Shown here: one piece after another, positions 1 through 44,074 of the stretch
How the letters are laid out: each line of letters starts with the position of its first letter
How positions within the stretch are numbered: position 1 is the stretch's first letter
NCBI RefSeq assembly: GCF_009914755.1
Contig: NC_060929.1
DNA: 64,000 nt
Source: the human T2T-CHM13v2.0 reference genome, Homo sapiens
Strand: one strand, 5' to 3'
Position numbers and translations under genes: made by a program
Notes under the pieces: model-generated
What the model was told of the DNA's origin: nothing
Database searches by the model: none
Seen by the model: the letters and a program-made list of their open reading frames with translations, nothing else

Positions 1-465
1 CCGAGTCCCTGGCAGCCCAGGGCCCAGGAGGGTCCAGACACTGGACAGCAGAGTGACCACTCAAGCCCTGCCCATGGCGGCGCTCAGCGAGAGCCCAGGG
101 CCCAGGAGGGGGCACCAGCCTCCTGTGTCCACTCCCCCACACCTAGTGAGGAGGTCCCCAGCACTGACACCCCCAGACATAGTCACTCATTTATAAGCTC
201 TGGGGCCCAGGAGCAGACCCAGTGCAGCCTCACCAAGAGGACACGGCTCATTAAGCCCTCAGAATATGGGCAGACGGTGAAAGACGGAGGAGGAAAGGGC
301 AGGGTCCACTCCAGAGAGGAGTCTGAGTCCAGGAAGCACCTGCCCTTCGGAAGCCTGCAGGCCTGGAGCAGAGCCTACACCCTCATCCCAGCCTCTCCCT
401 GAGTCTCCAAGGCCTCCCTCCAGGCCCAGGGCAGAGCCCACACCCTCTCGCTGAGTATCCAAGAC

Positions 466-706
466 CTCCCTCCTCCCTCTCTCTTCCTCTCTCTGTCTCT
501 CCCTCTCTCTTCCTCTCTCTCTGTCTCTGTCATTCTCTCTTTCCCCTCCTATTCTCTCCCTTCCCCCCTCTCTCTCATCCTCCTCCTCTCTCTCTCTCCC
601 TCTCAGTCTCTGTCTTTTTTTCTTTCCCCCTCCTATTCTCTCTGTCTCTTCCCTCTTCTCTCTCTTCCCCTATCTCCGTCTCTCCCCCTGTCTCTCTTCC
701 CCATCT
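466..706. repeat. CT-rich low-complexity polypyrimidine tract
   Basis: Runs of ctct/ctcc. Confidence 0.9.
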
Positions 707-1337
707 CACACTCACATATTCACAACACACATTTGGTTTTGAGTTTGAAACTTCAGTAAAGCATGTACTACATAGCACACTTTCCATCCTGCCTAGCTGT
801 CCCCAAATAATTGAGAACATTCCCCTCTGCAGTTTCTGTTGTCTCCCCTCTCATGAGTCCTCCACAGGGAAGGCTTTCCTGAAGCCCACCCACCTGTCCT
901 GGGCCACGGGGGCTTCCCGGTTTGGGTCAGGGCCAAGTGGGCAGTCCCCCAGCCCGTAGGCAGCAACCAGGCTACTGGTACATCAAAAGTTCTCTGCGAA
1001 GGCGGTGGCCTGGATGCACCTGCTGGAGGCTGCACTGGGCAGGTGAGACCCATGCCTGGGGCAAGCCAGGCAGGCATGTGCCAGGAAGGTGTGAGCCGGG
1101 AAGGCGTGTGCAGGGCAGGCGTGTGCCAGGAAGGTGTGAGCCTGGAAGGCGTGTACAGGCTGCACCACGGCATCAGCTGCATGATCCCGGCCTGCACTGG
1201 GTCGGCCCCTCAGATTCTGGAGTAGCCCATCCCAGCCACACCCTGTGCCAGCCCTGGGACCTCCTGCTCAGAGTGGGGATGGGTGGCCAGTGGAGGGTGT
1301 GCCTCGGCCCCAAGCCTCAGCAGCAGCCTCCCTGCAG

Positions 1338-12806
<11,469 letters not shown>

Positions 12807-12889
12807 GAAGGCCCATCCCACGGCGTGCCATACACTGGTGTCAGGGAAGGAGGAACCAGCAAGACCTGTGGGGTGGGGGCCGGGCTGCA

Positions 12890-13660
12890 CCTGCATGTGT
12901 GTAAGCGTGAGTGTATGCTCGTGTGTGAGTGTGTGTATTGTACACGCATGTGCCATGTGTGCAGATATGTATCGTGTGTGCATGTACATGCATGGGCACT
13001 GTGTGAGTGTGCACGTGTATGCACACATATACATGTGTGTGGGTGTGTGTATTGTATGTGCATGTGCCATGTGTGCAGATGTGTCATGTTGTGTGTGTGC
13101 ATGTACATGTATGGACATTGTGTGAGTGTGCAAGTGTGCATGCATATACATGTGTGCGATATTTGCTGCCCGTGTGTGTGCATGTATATATAGACATACA
13201 TGCCTATGTTGTGTGTGGTGTGCATATGTGTGAACACACACGTGTATACATGCATGCACATGTGCTCGTACAATGGGTGTCCACATGCACGTGTATATGT
13301 ATATCTGTGAGTGTATATACATGCATGCAATTGTGTGTATGTGTGTTCTGTGTGTGCGTTTGCAAGTATATATGCACATGTGTATATGTACATGTATGCC
13401 TGTGTGACGTGTGTATATGTGAGCATGTGTACGTGTGTGTATACGTGTGTTGTGTATATGTGTGTGTCTGTACCTGTTTGTGTATATGTGTGTGATGTGT
13501 GCTCGTGTGTGTGCATATTCAGGCAGGTGTGCATTTGTGCATGCCAGTGTGTATGTATGTGCGCATATGGACACGCATGGACACGCATATGGACACATAT
13601 GGACACACATATGGACACGTGTGGATATGTGTGCGTACACGTCGCTGGGACACATGCCTG
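12890..13660. repeat. (TG/TA/CA) low-complexity repeat in SLC6A19 3'UTR
   Basis: Alternating purine-pyrimidine tract. Confidence 0.9.
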
Positions 13661-14461
13661 CCACTCGGGGCCCAGCTGCCCTCTGTGTTTGTCCTTGCCA
13701 CAGTCACGGGGTGCATGTGCAGAGGGGAGCAGACCACTGGGGACGTGCTGTGCCCTGCACGTGCCCGGGGGAAGCGGAAGCTGCAGCTGGGGTGGGGGCA
13801 GCACCTCTATGCTTCATCTCTGTGGGTGGCAGGAGACAAAAGCACAGGTTACTATCTTGGCTCCTGGGAGCGACTCTTGCTACCCACCCCCACCCATCCC
13901 CTTCCCCTTGGTGTTGACCTTTGACCTGGGGGTTCCCAGAGCCCTGTAGCCCTCGACCCGGAGCAGCCTCTCGGAAGCCGGAGTGGGCAGTTGCTGGCGA
14001 TTCTGAGAAAACTTGGCCGCATCCACCGGGGCCCTGCCTCCAGTCGGCCGCTGCCGAGTCTCTGCGTTCTGGCCGCTTCCCGGCTTAATGAATGCCAGCC
14101 ATTTAATCATTGCTCCTGCCACCACAAATAGATGAGCAGTTAAATAAAACTCAACTTGGCATAATTCAAGGCAAATACCACTCTGTGCATTTTCTTAAGA
14201 GGACATGAGCTGTGTGAATTTTTAGCCAGCCTTTGGAAAAGATGGGTTACAGGGTAACTCAACCCTGGCTGCCATCCTTGGGCACTGTGTGTGTCCAGGG
14301 CACCTTGGAGGACCGTGCAGCCCCCAGAAGCTTCCAGCTCCCGCACCACTCAGTGAAGCCCAGCCTGGCGCCTGCCCTGCCCCCGTCACGGGATGGGCCC
14401 CCATTGGGGTTCAACATTCCATCGCAGCCAAAGGCAGTCGGCACTTGGGACATCTGCTTCC

Positions 14462-14752
14462 ACGGACAGGTCACCTCCGCTTTGCACGGAAGAATCTGGA
14501 TGCTTACATTAAACTGGTGTTCTGAGAGTTCCTACGGACAGGTCACCTCCGCTTTGCACGGAAGAATCTGGATGCTTACATTAAACTGGTGTTCTGAGAG
14601 TTCCTACGGACAGGTCACCTCCGCTTTGCATGGAAGAATCTGGATGCTTACATTAAACTGGTGTTCTGAGAGTTCCTACGGACAGGTCACCTCTGCTTTC
14701 CATAGAAGAATCTGGACGCTTACATTAAACTGATGTTCTGAGAATTCCTACA
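14462..14752. repeat. 72-bp VNTR, 4 units, SLC6A19 3'UTR
   Basis: acggacaggtcacctccgctttgcacggaagaatctggatgcttacattaaactggtgttctgagagttcct at 14462,14534,14606,14678. Confidence 0.96.
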
Positions 14753-16059
14753 GGCAGGACTGAAAGCCTGGTGTGTGCCAGTATGATGTTCCACCCACAG
14801 AAACCTGGTCACAATCGTCCCTTCCAGCACCCCATCCAGCAGTGACTGCACACACTGAGCCCCCTACCAGCCCCTTTCACCCTGCTGACTGTCACTGGGC
14901 CCTGGGATGTGCAAGACTCCACAGCAGCAGAGGTGGGGGGAAATATCACAGCCTCTGCCCCCGGCTGTGATGCCACCGAGGGGCTCGCCTGCTGATGGCT
15001 TCAACAGGGTCTCACCTCATCTTTTCCTGCTCCTTGGCCCTGGATCGAGAAAATTTCCATCAGTGCCCCATTAATATGCTGCCCTGTGGCATCTGCCCAG
15101 GAGGCCCTGCCAGGCGTGCACAGGTGTGCATTGGTGTACCCTGACATGCACAGGTGTGCACTGATGTGCCCTGGCATCCATTGGTGTACCCTGGTGTGCC
15201 TGCCATAGGACCCTGGGCGGGAGCTCCCATCTCATCTACATCTCCTGATTCATGCGTTGTTTCGTAGGTTTCAATGTCTCTGTAAATGTGGTAGAAATGC
15301 AGGCTTTATGGGCATAAAGTGTACATTTCTAAATAAATCCCTTCTATTTAGTATGCTCACCCTAGAAGTTACTGTTGTCCAGACGTAGAGGGATGAGTGA
15401 GCCAGTGACCTCAGACGGGATGGTGGGGACGGCAGGTCCAGCTCCTGCCTCCTCCTGGGGGGTCTGGCTTTGGGGGCTTGCTCCGAAGAGGCCATGGCCC
15501 AGGCCTGTGGCCTCACAATGGGGACCAACCAGCTCTTCTCATCTTCTTCCCTCACACTTCCTCTCACTCAAATAAGAACCTTCCAAAAATGTGTCCACCT
15601 GGGCCCCTGCCCTGGGACTCATGGATTTGGAGTTGTGGCCACACGGTTGAGGGCTGCAGTGTCCAGTGGAATGGGGCAATTGCGGGCCTGGGGGCCCTTG
15701 GCCTGTCCGTGGCGGGAGCATCTGCAAGGAGGAGCCCCAGAGTCCAGGGAGCACTGTGGGGAGCTCCTTAGAGCTGAACTCACCCGGCGTCAACTCATCA
15801 ACCCTCCACCCATGGACAGGGGTGCCCCCAGCACAGGAGAGGACTCAGCCCTCTGCCCCCACGCACGGTGGGTGCCTGTCACCCTGTCCTGCCCAGCGGC
15901 CCGAGGGCAGCAGTGGGTGTGAGGGCAGCCCCCGGCCTCCCAAGAGCAGCTGAGAGGATCCCTGCGGGAATCCGGGCTTCGGGTGCATGCGATCTGATCT
16001 GAGTTGTTTCTGACAGTGACAGAGTGACAATCTATAAGTATCTCAAGATCAAATGGTTA

Positions 16060-16065
16060 AATAAA
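16060..16065 (+). terminator. Distal poly(A) signal AATAAA of SLC6A19
   Basis: AATAAA in an AT-rich patch just before the SLC6A18 promoter region. Confidence 0.7.
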
Positions 16066-16099
16066 ACATAAGAAATTTAAAACGATTAAAATATGCCTC

Positions 16100-16451
16100 A
16101 GTCTTGGGAATCCTGGTGTCTGCAACAAAAAAACTTGAGGCTGTCCTTGCAAACGGTCCTCATGGTGCTGGGGGTGGTGCCAGGCCCGGCGTTTGCCTGG
16201 AACACAGAGCATGCGAGAAGGAGCAGAGGACGTGGGTGCCAGGGAAGGACCCCGGCGTCAGAGCCAGGGCCTGGACCTGAGTTACCCATTAATGGCACTC
16301 CACTGGTTTTCCTTTAAAGAAATGAATAAATACAACTGCAGTGGGGCTGCTTGTGGTTTCCAAACGTCGGCAGAGGCTGGAGACGGCTCTCTAGTGCTGG
16401 GTGTGGAGTGAGGCACCACCCTCGCCCTGAAGCCTGGGGCACTCAGTCACC
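16100..16451 (+). promoter_or_regulatory. SLC6A18 proximal promoter/5'UTR region
   Basis: Immediately upstream of the Kozak ATG (gtcaccATGG); HNF1-like GTTACCCATTAAT at 16281-16293; AT-rich TATA-like patch 16314-16332. Confidence 0.55.
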
Positions 16452-36985
<20,534 letters not shown>

Positions 36986-37072
36986 AGCCGGCCGGAGCGG
37001 GGCCTGCATGGGCGGGTCTGTGGGGGGGCTTGGCCTGATGGTGGGCGGGGCCCCGCCCACAGGGCCGACCCC

Positions 37073-37078
37073 AATACA
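37073..37078 (+). terminator. Candidate variant poly(A) signal AATACA for SLC6A18
   Basis: Only PAS-like hexamer near the stop codon; GT-rich stretch (gctgtgtacgtgtggtt) downstream. Confidence 0.5.
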
Positions 37079-38139
37079 CCAGCGACTCAACCTTGATGCC
37101 GCTGTGTACGTGTGGTTACTGCTTTCCTGACGCCCGGGCAGCGCTGCTGCTTGGGGCCCGCCCCTAGGGAGGTCTCGCAGGGCCCCGGCATCCCTGCTGA
37201 GCCCGCGGCCTGGGCGTCCTGCAGCGGCTGAGGTCCCTGCGCTTGGCCGGGCTGGCTCAGGGATCTTCGCAGGTGCGGGGCTCCCGGTCTCACAGACTCT
37301 GAACCTAGCCTGGCTGGTCTCTGGGGAAGAGCGGCCGCCCGGGTGGCTCAGGGGGCCGCCTGCACCCCGGCTCCAGGTCCCAGGCGGGCTGTCCCCCTAC
37401 AGCTCGCAGGCGGCAGGGGTACCCAGGACAGATGCTTCCTCCCGCCTGGGAGCGGGGGCCTGGGGTCTGGAGTCTGCGGTCTGGCTGACCCTTCCTGAAA
37501 TTTCTGAGAAACACTGTAGGTTGCCACTTTTATTTTCCCAAACTGTCAAACTGTATTAAGGAGGTACCAAAAGGCTCCTGCTGTCCCGGGGCAGAGGGGC
37601 GACAGGCAGGAGCTCGCTCACGTGGGGCAGTCACCCGCGCCCCGGGCGCCAAGCGCACTGTGCAGCCCCCGTCCAGCCCGCCCTGCTCCAGAGTACCCCG
37701 GCTCCAGGCGCCACGCGCGTGCTTCCCTCCTCCCTCTCCCTCTGTTCCCTCCGCCCTCCTCCTCCCTCTTTCCTCCCCATCCTTTTCCCTCTCCTCCTTC
37801 CCCTGCAACAGCACCACGGAGCCAGGGATCAGGTCTCTGACTCGCCACACGGAGGGAGGCCCCGCAGGTCCTGGCTTCCTGCCGCCGGGAGGGGCCCTGT
37901 GAAGACCCAAGGCACCTGCTCCCGCTTTGGAAAAGGGCGCCTGGCCAGGCAGCACTGTCCGTGGTGCTGAAAAATCCCAGCATCAAGGCGCGGCCGCGGT
38001 GCCAAGCGTCCATTACACGCATTCTTGTTGGGAACCCGTCCTTGACCAAGGCCAGCCCAGAGTAAACAAAAGCACGTGCACCGCTACCCACCTGCAGATA
38101 AGCTGAGTGCTAAACATGCAGTTAACGCCAGTGCACCCC

Positions 38140-38370
38140 ACCCAAGCGCATCCTGAGCCCACAGTGGGGGAAGCTGCCCACCTAAACGTGTCCTGAGCCC
38201 ACGGCAGGGGAAGCTGCCCACCTAAGCGTGTCCCGAGCCCACGGCAGGGGGGGAGCTGCCCACCTAAGCGTGTCCTGAGCCCACGGCAGGGGAAGCTGCC
38301 CACCTAAGAGTGTCCCGAGCCCACGGCAGGGGAAGCTGCCCACCTAAGCGTGTCCCAAGCCCACAGCAGA
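38140..38370. repeat. 40-bp VNTR, ~5.5 units, intergenic
   Basis: gagcccacggcaggggaagctgcccacctaagcgtgtcct. Confidence 0.93.
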
Positions 38371-38827
38371 GGGGTGCTGCACTTCGTCCCTCCGTCCTGC
38401 AGTTGTGATGCCCCCCACACCGGTGGTAAGGCAGGGGGACTTGAGGATGAACATGTCACAAAGCGAGTCAGTCCACTGTGAGATAAGGCTGCTGCAGAGG
38501 ACAGTCTGGCATCCCCCAGTTCAGCCTCACAATCTTGCCACAACTCCATGCCTTGGGCCTAATAGCCAGCCTCTTCCATTGTAACTGACACAAACAAACT
38601 CAAACCAAATGGCCTTCACCAGCTCTCAGAACTGGCCAAGTTCAGGGTGGGCTTCAGGCCCTACTGGACCCAGGAGTTCACAGGATCCATGGGACTCTCT
38701 CCCCACACTGTTCAGCTTTTTTAAGTAGGGCGTCTCTGTGACCATTCCAAAATCCTTTTGGTTCATGATCTGGGTGAGATGCTCCCCCTTCAGAGTCTAG
38801 ACACGAAATTGCAGGGAAAAGTGATTG

Positions 38828-39025
38828 CAGAGCCTGGAGGGTGGGGTGGAGGGAGGGGTGCTTCCCCAAAGGAAAGCCTCCAGCAGCCAAAGCAACAGCT
38901 GCGTTCCATGGTGTCACCCACTCACAGAGCCTGGAGGGTGGAGTGGAGGGAGGGGTGGTTCCCCAAAGGAAAGCCTCCAGAAGCCAAAGCAACAGCTGCG
39001 TTCCATGGTGTCACCAACTCACAGA
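38828..39025. repeat. 97-bp tandem duplication
   Basis: cagagcctggagggtgg...ccatggtgtcacc at 38828 and 38925. Confidence 0.93.
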
Positions 39026-40944
39026 CGCAAAAGGTAGAGTAACCTGCTCAGAAGCAAACACTGCCAAGGGCGTGTGTCCCCAAAGGCAGCTCTTGGGACA
39101 CCTTCCCCAACTCACCATAGGGCCTGCAAGTCCTGTCGTTGACCCGGACGAGAAAAACAGGCAGCTGTTGGCAGCAGGGGTGCTGACAAGCCACTCAGAC
39201 TTATCCGAGGTTACATTTTGCGTCAATACCATACTTAGAAAATAACTAGGATGTGAGCAGGTGCCCCCTGCTCCCACCCTGGATCAGACTTTTGGGTGTA
39301 GCACATCCTAACGAGGGCTGGGGCTCTGCCCAACACTCTGTATGGGGGGAGCTAGAAGCAGCATCTATAGCCCCACCCTGAAGCTTCAGAGTCCTTGTCC
39401 AGCTGACGAAAAGGGAAGGGGTGGGGGGCTGGGACAGAGGACACAGTGGACGCTCAGCCCTCCAGAAAATGCCACACCACCCATGTGCCTGATGCAGCCA
39501 TGGATAAAAGTGGGTAGAAAGGAGGAGGGACAGAGGTGGCCCAATAGGTGATGACAGGTGGACAGACGGACGCCACAAAGGGAGGCAGAGGTGGTCTGTC
39601 CCATCACATTGCCAAGGTTGTTCAGGGACAGGGGCTGAGGCCTCATGGGCTGTGGAGGTACCCGTGCACCATCGAGGGAGGGGGAGACAAGGGCCAGGCG
39701 GCGAGAGCAGAACTGGAGGGACTGACCCTGCGTGGCCACGCCCCATGCTCAACACCTTCAACTTGTCCCTCACCCTTGGGAAAAACATTCCAGGGGCGGG
39801 TGTCTCAGACTGGCCAGTGTCGGGACAGGAACAAAATGCTCCTATCACCTGACCAGAAGTGGCTGGAATAGAGGATCTGTAGCTCCACAGGGGCTCTCCC
39901 CTTCCAGGGGCCACCGTGTTGAACTGGAAATAAAGCCGGCTGCAAATGAGGCCAGCCGGCCCCAGAGATGGACACAGCTCCCATGACCATGGTGGTCACA
40001 TGAGGACAGGCTGTCCCGTGAGCGGGTTCCTGGCAGAGGGTGACCCCAAGGCTGCTTTGCCAGGCACAGAGGAGTCAGGGAGCACTTGATGGGAAAACGA
40101 GGTTCAGGGCCCAGTTTTCAAAAGCCTGATGGGGCTCATCCTCAGGGGAGAGTCTGAGGTCACCAAGAACCAGGGGAGAATGCGTGAAGGACATAAGTGC
40201 AGAAGGAGAAGTGAGGCGGGAGGTCATGGAGGGCGCAGTCAGCACTGGAGCTGCCCCAGGACTCACCCACCCAGCTCCAAGGGAAGCAGCCCCTTCCAGC
40301 AAGGGTGGGCCTGGACCTGACAGAGAGGACCCCGCTGCCACGGCCAGGGAGCATGAGTCTCCCGTCCACACTGGGGGCTGGGGACTTACCACTCCAGGTG
40401 GCGAGCCCGGGGCTTCGTGCTGTGTCAGAGGAGAAAGCCAGCCAGGCCCCCTCCGGCAAGACTCGGTTCTTTCATGCCTGCATGAGGCTGAGGTGAGGCC
40501 CAGGCCTGTCGTGATGCTCGCTCTCTGGGGCCGCAGAAATGGGACCATGGAACCTGTGCATCCAGATGGCACCTTGGAGACCTGTCCGACCCTCCTGCAG
40601 GCCACAGCGGAGTGCCCAACACCAGGCTCCACAAACCTGGGTGACCTGCACTCGCCGGGGGCCCTGGTCAAAGCTGGATCCAGGGTGAAGAGGCTCCATC
40701 CCTTGCCCGTCAGTGTGAGGACTCCGCCAGCGGCCTCGGCCATTGGAGCTGGATGGGCACAGGAGCCCTGCTGCCCCAGCACACACATTTCATCATGACC
40801 CCAGGTGACCAGCACGCAGGGAGGCTGGCAGCCCCACTGTCTCTGTTCCTTTCTCCCTCTCGGCAGCAACTCCACCTGAGCTGTCCCACAGGATCCCCAG
40901 GGGTGGGCTGAGAGTCACTCTGAGAACTGTCCCTGTATTCATTT

Positions 40945-41430
40945 CCCTGTACTGCTATTCCATTTGCTGCTGTGACGAATCACTGCAGCTTAGTGGCTGA
41001 ACACAAACGCATCATCTTACAGCTCTGGAGGCCGGAAAGCTGAAACAGGTCCCACTGGCCTGAAATCGAGGCGTGGGCAGGGCCGTGTGCCCTCAGGACC
41101 GGGGAGGATTGCTTGCTTTTCCAGCATGGAGCGGCTGCCCCCATTCCTTGGCTGGGGACCCCCTCCTCCATCTCAAAGCCAGCAGTGGCCAGTGGTCCTT
41201 CTCACGTCCCCTCTCTGACTCTCCCCTGCCTCCCTCTCTCACTTCTAGGGACCCTTGTGGCCATATCAGGCCCACCAGATAATCCAGGATGACCTTAAGA
41301 TCGGCTGACTGGCAGCCGTGATTCCACCTGCAGCCTCCACCAGCCTCTGCCTTGCGGGTGACACATTCACAGGTTCCAGGAGAAGGACGTGGGCATCTTT
41401 GGGGAGGGGCTGTAATTGTGCCTGCCACAA
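40945..41430 (-). mobile_element. MaLR LTR (MLT1-like)
   Basis: ttgctgctgtgacgaatcac...cttagtggctgaacacaaac...tcttacagctctggaggcc...cacattcacaggttccagg. Confidence 0.75.
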
Positions 41431-41884
41431 GTGCCTGGGGCTTCTGAAACCCACCAAAGTTTGGCAAGCCCCCTGCACAGCATCCTTCCCAGGTGGGCAC
41501 CTGGCACCAACATCGACGGTTACAGCAGGTGCAGGACCGGCAGGAGCGTGGGGCTGAGGCAGGAAAACAACCACTCCCTTTCAGGGGTCCTGGCTGGTGT
41601 CACCCACAGCCTCCACCCTTGCCTGCTTCTCCTCCCTTTCTGCTTTGAACTCACTCGCTCCATACACGCTTGTCTGTGGAAGGAAGCTGCTTGAGATGAA
41701 GTTCAGGCCTAAGGAAGTCCAAAGAGCTGGGGTTTTTCTTTCCCTTTAAAACTTTGTTATTTTCATTTTGCTCTGAGATTTGACAGTCTACCTAGCACCT
41801 AGCAGGCCTCCTTCTCCTTCTTTCTTCCTTCTTCCTTCTTCTTCTCTTTCCTTCTTCCTTCTTCTTCTCTTCTCCTTCTCCTTC

Positions 41885-42187
41885 TTTTTTTTTTTTTTTT
41901 TTTGAGACAGGGTCTCACTCTGTTGCCCAGGCTGGAGTGCGATGGTACAATCACAGCTCACTGCAGCCATGACCTCCCGGGCTCAAGCGATCCTCCCACT
42001 CAGCCTCCCGAGCAGCTGGGACTACAGATGCTGGACCCCACGCCCGGATAACTTTTTGCATTTTTTGTAGAGATGGGGTCTCCCTATGTTACCCATGCTG
42101 GTCTCAAACTCCTGGCCTCAGACAATCCTTCTGCCTCGGCTTCCCAAACTACTGGGATGACAGGTGTGGAAGCCACTGGACCTGACC
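41885..42187 (-). mobile_element. AluJ with (CTT)n-expanded tail
   Basis: gagacagggtctcactctg...gggctcaagcgatcctccc. Confidence 0.92.
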
Positions 42188-42213
42188 TTACATAGTGGTT
42201 TTTAAAAGTGCCA

Positions 42214-42390
42214 GGCAAGGGCAGTGGCTCACACCTGTAATCCCAGCACTCTGGGAAGCTGAGGCCGGAGGATCACTTGAGCCTGGGGGTTTGCGGCTAC
42301 AGCGAGCCATGACTGTGCCACTGCACTAACAACCTGGGTGACAGAGTAGACACCATCTCTAATAATAATAATAATAATAAATAAAAACAG
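42214..42390 (+). mobile_element. Alu monomer (FRAM/FAM-like) with (AAT)n tail
   Basis: Single arm ggcagtggctcacacctgtaatcccagcac...gggtgacagagtagacaccatctct. Confidence 0.82.
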
Positions 42391-43209
42391 ACAAATAAAG
42401 TAGGTGCTTAGTGAGTTAAGCCATATCAAAGCAAATACCTTTTTTAAGGGTCTAATACTTTAGCAAAAAATATAAGTAATCCTGAGTAAAATTTCAACAA
42501 AAAACACCCGGAGAAACAGGAATCTGGAGCTTTGTAGAAGATGGATAGCTGAACAATGGCCTGACCTGTTGGTCTGTGATTCAAACCCAGGTGTGCCTGA
42601 GCAGCGGCCTCTGCTCCTGGGAGTCCCCGCCCTGTTCTGTCCAACCTCCCACTGAGGTCGTCCGCCCACGGCGCCCGGGGCCGCTCCCTTCCAGTTTGCA
42701 GGGCAAAGGCGCCCCCAGGCCGGCTGCCAAGAGCCCCTCCTTCCTCACAGCTCCTATACGGGGGCTCCAGGCACCAGAGTGCATTTACGACACAGTCTGT
42801 GGACTTGGGCCCACCATAAACACATTAGGCTCGGTCACTCAGACATTCTCTGAAGCAGCAGCAATAAATGACGCCATATCCAGTGGCCATAAGCCCCCAC
42901 CCCGACACCAGGCACGTCCGGGCTGCACTCAAACCAGAAGCCCTGTCCAAGGTGCACTCAGTAGGACCCGGCCATACCATAAGGCCCCACCAGGGACCTG
43001 CTGGAAGGCTCTGGAGCCACTCACGCAGGGCCCTCGGTTTCGTGTGGCCCAAGCCAACTTCTGAGGAGGGGCTGTTTCTTCACCCCAAGACTGCGTCCCT
43101 CTGAGCCGCCCCTCCTGTTCTCTGCAATCCTTCCAGTTCCTTCTGCCTGAGGAAGGACGTATGTCCAGCTCCACTGCGAGCCTGGCACCCGCCCTGGGAG
43201 GTAAGTCTG

Positions 43210-43358
43210 GATGAGACTAGGAGATAAGAGGATAAGAGATGAGACTGGGAGATGGTAAGAGGATGACAGATGAGACTGGGAGATAAGAGGAAGACAGATG
43301 AGACTGGGAGATGATAAGAGGATGAGAGATGAGACTGGGAGATGATAAGAGGATGAGA
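43210..43358. repeat. MNS16A minisatellite downstream of TERT
   Basis: Five units gatgagactgggagat(gat)aagaggatgaga: 28,31,28,31,31 nt. Confidence 0.93.
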
Positions 43359-43905
43359 GAGCATCACCAGCCCCACCCTGAAGCCTCCTGTGTCCACACC
43401 CTCCACTGCCCCACCCTACCCACCCTTCAGAGATCAGAATCCTGGTCTACTCTTAAGAGAATGGCCAGAGGCGGAATGTGACTTTCAACCTGAGTTGGGG
43501 CGTTCAGGAGGAGGAATCCTGGATTTTATACAGGATGGTGTCATGCCCCTGCCCCCCACCTCCATGAAAGCTGATGGCCCAGAGGATGTGCACCAGGGAA
43601 GCACATCCGGATCCACGGCTGCAGGTGGGAGGCAGGGGAGGAGGGGGCCCAGCCAGGCTTCCCCATCTTCCCCGCCACCCAGACCAGCCCCCCCCATCAC
43701 CCCTGCCACCCCAGCTGGGGCCCCCATCATCCCTGCCACCCTGGCCAGGCCCTCCATCATCCCCGCCGCCCAAGCTGGGCCCCCAGCATCCCTGCTGCCC
43801 TTCGGGCCTGGACTTACTGTTATGTCTTCCAGGGTGGGGGCTCCCACTGTCTATCCCCTACCCTCCTTCCCCTCCTGCCTCACAGCATCAGAAACCTCCC
43901 AGGCC

Positions 43906-44024
43906 CAGCCAGGCCATGGGCCCGCACTGACCACAACCCCATTCACTCATAGACTTCCGTAAATGCACAGCCAGGCCATGGGCCCGCACTGACCACCACC
44001 CCGTTCACTCACAGGCTTCTGTAA
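43906..44024. repeat. 62-bp tandem duplication just past the TERT 3' end
   Basis: cagccaggccatgggcccgcactgaccac at 43906 and 43968. Confidence 0.9.
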
Positions 44025-44074
44025 TTGCATACAGTGGTGTCTATGCAGTGCACATTAGGATTCAAACATGAGAT

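Larger units (their letters stand above)
12807..16090 (+). other. SLC6A19: SLC6A19 3'UTR (long form)
   Basis: Follows the stop codon; AATAAA at 14143, 15332 and 16060, ATTAAA at 16085; exact end inferred. Confidence 0.75.
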
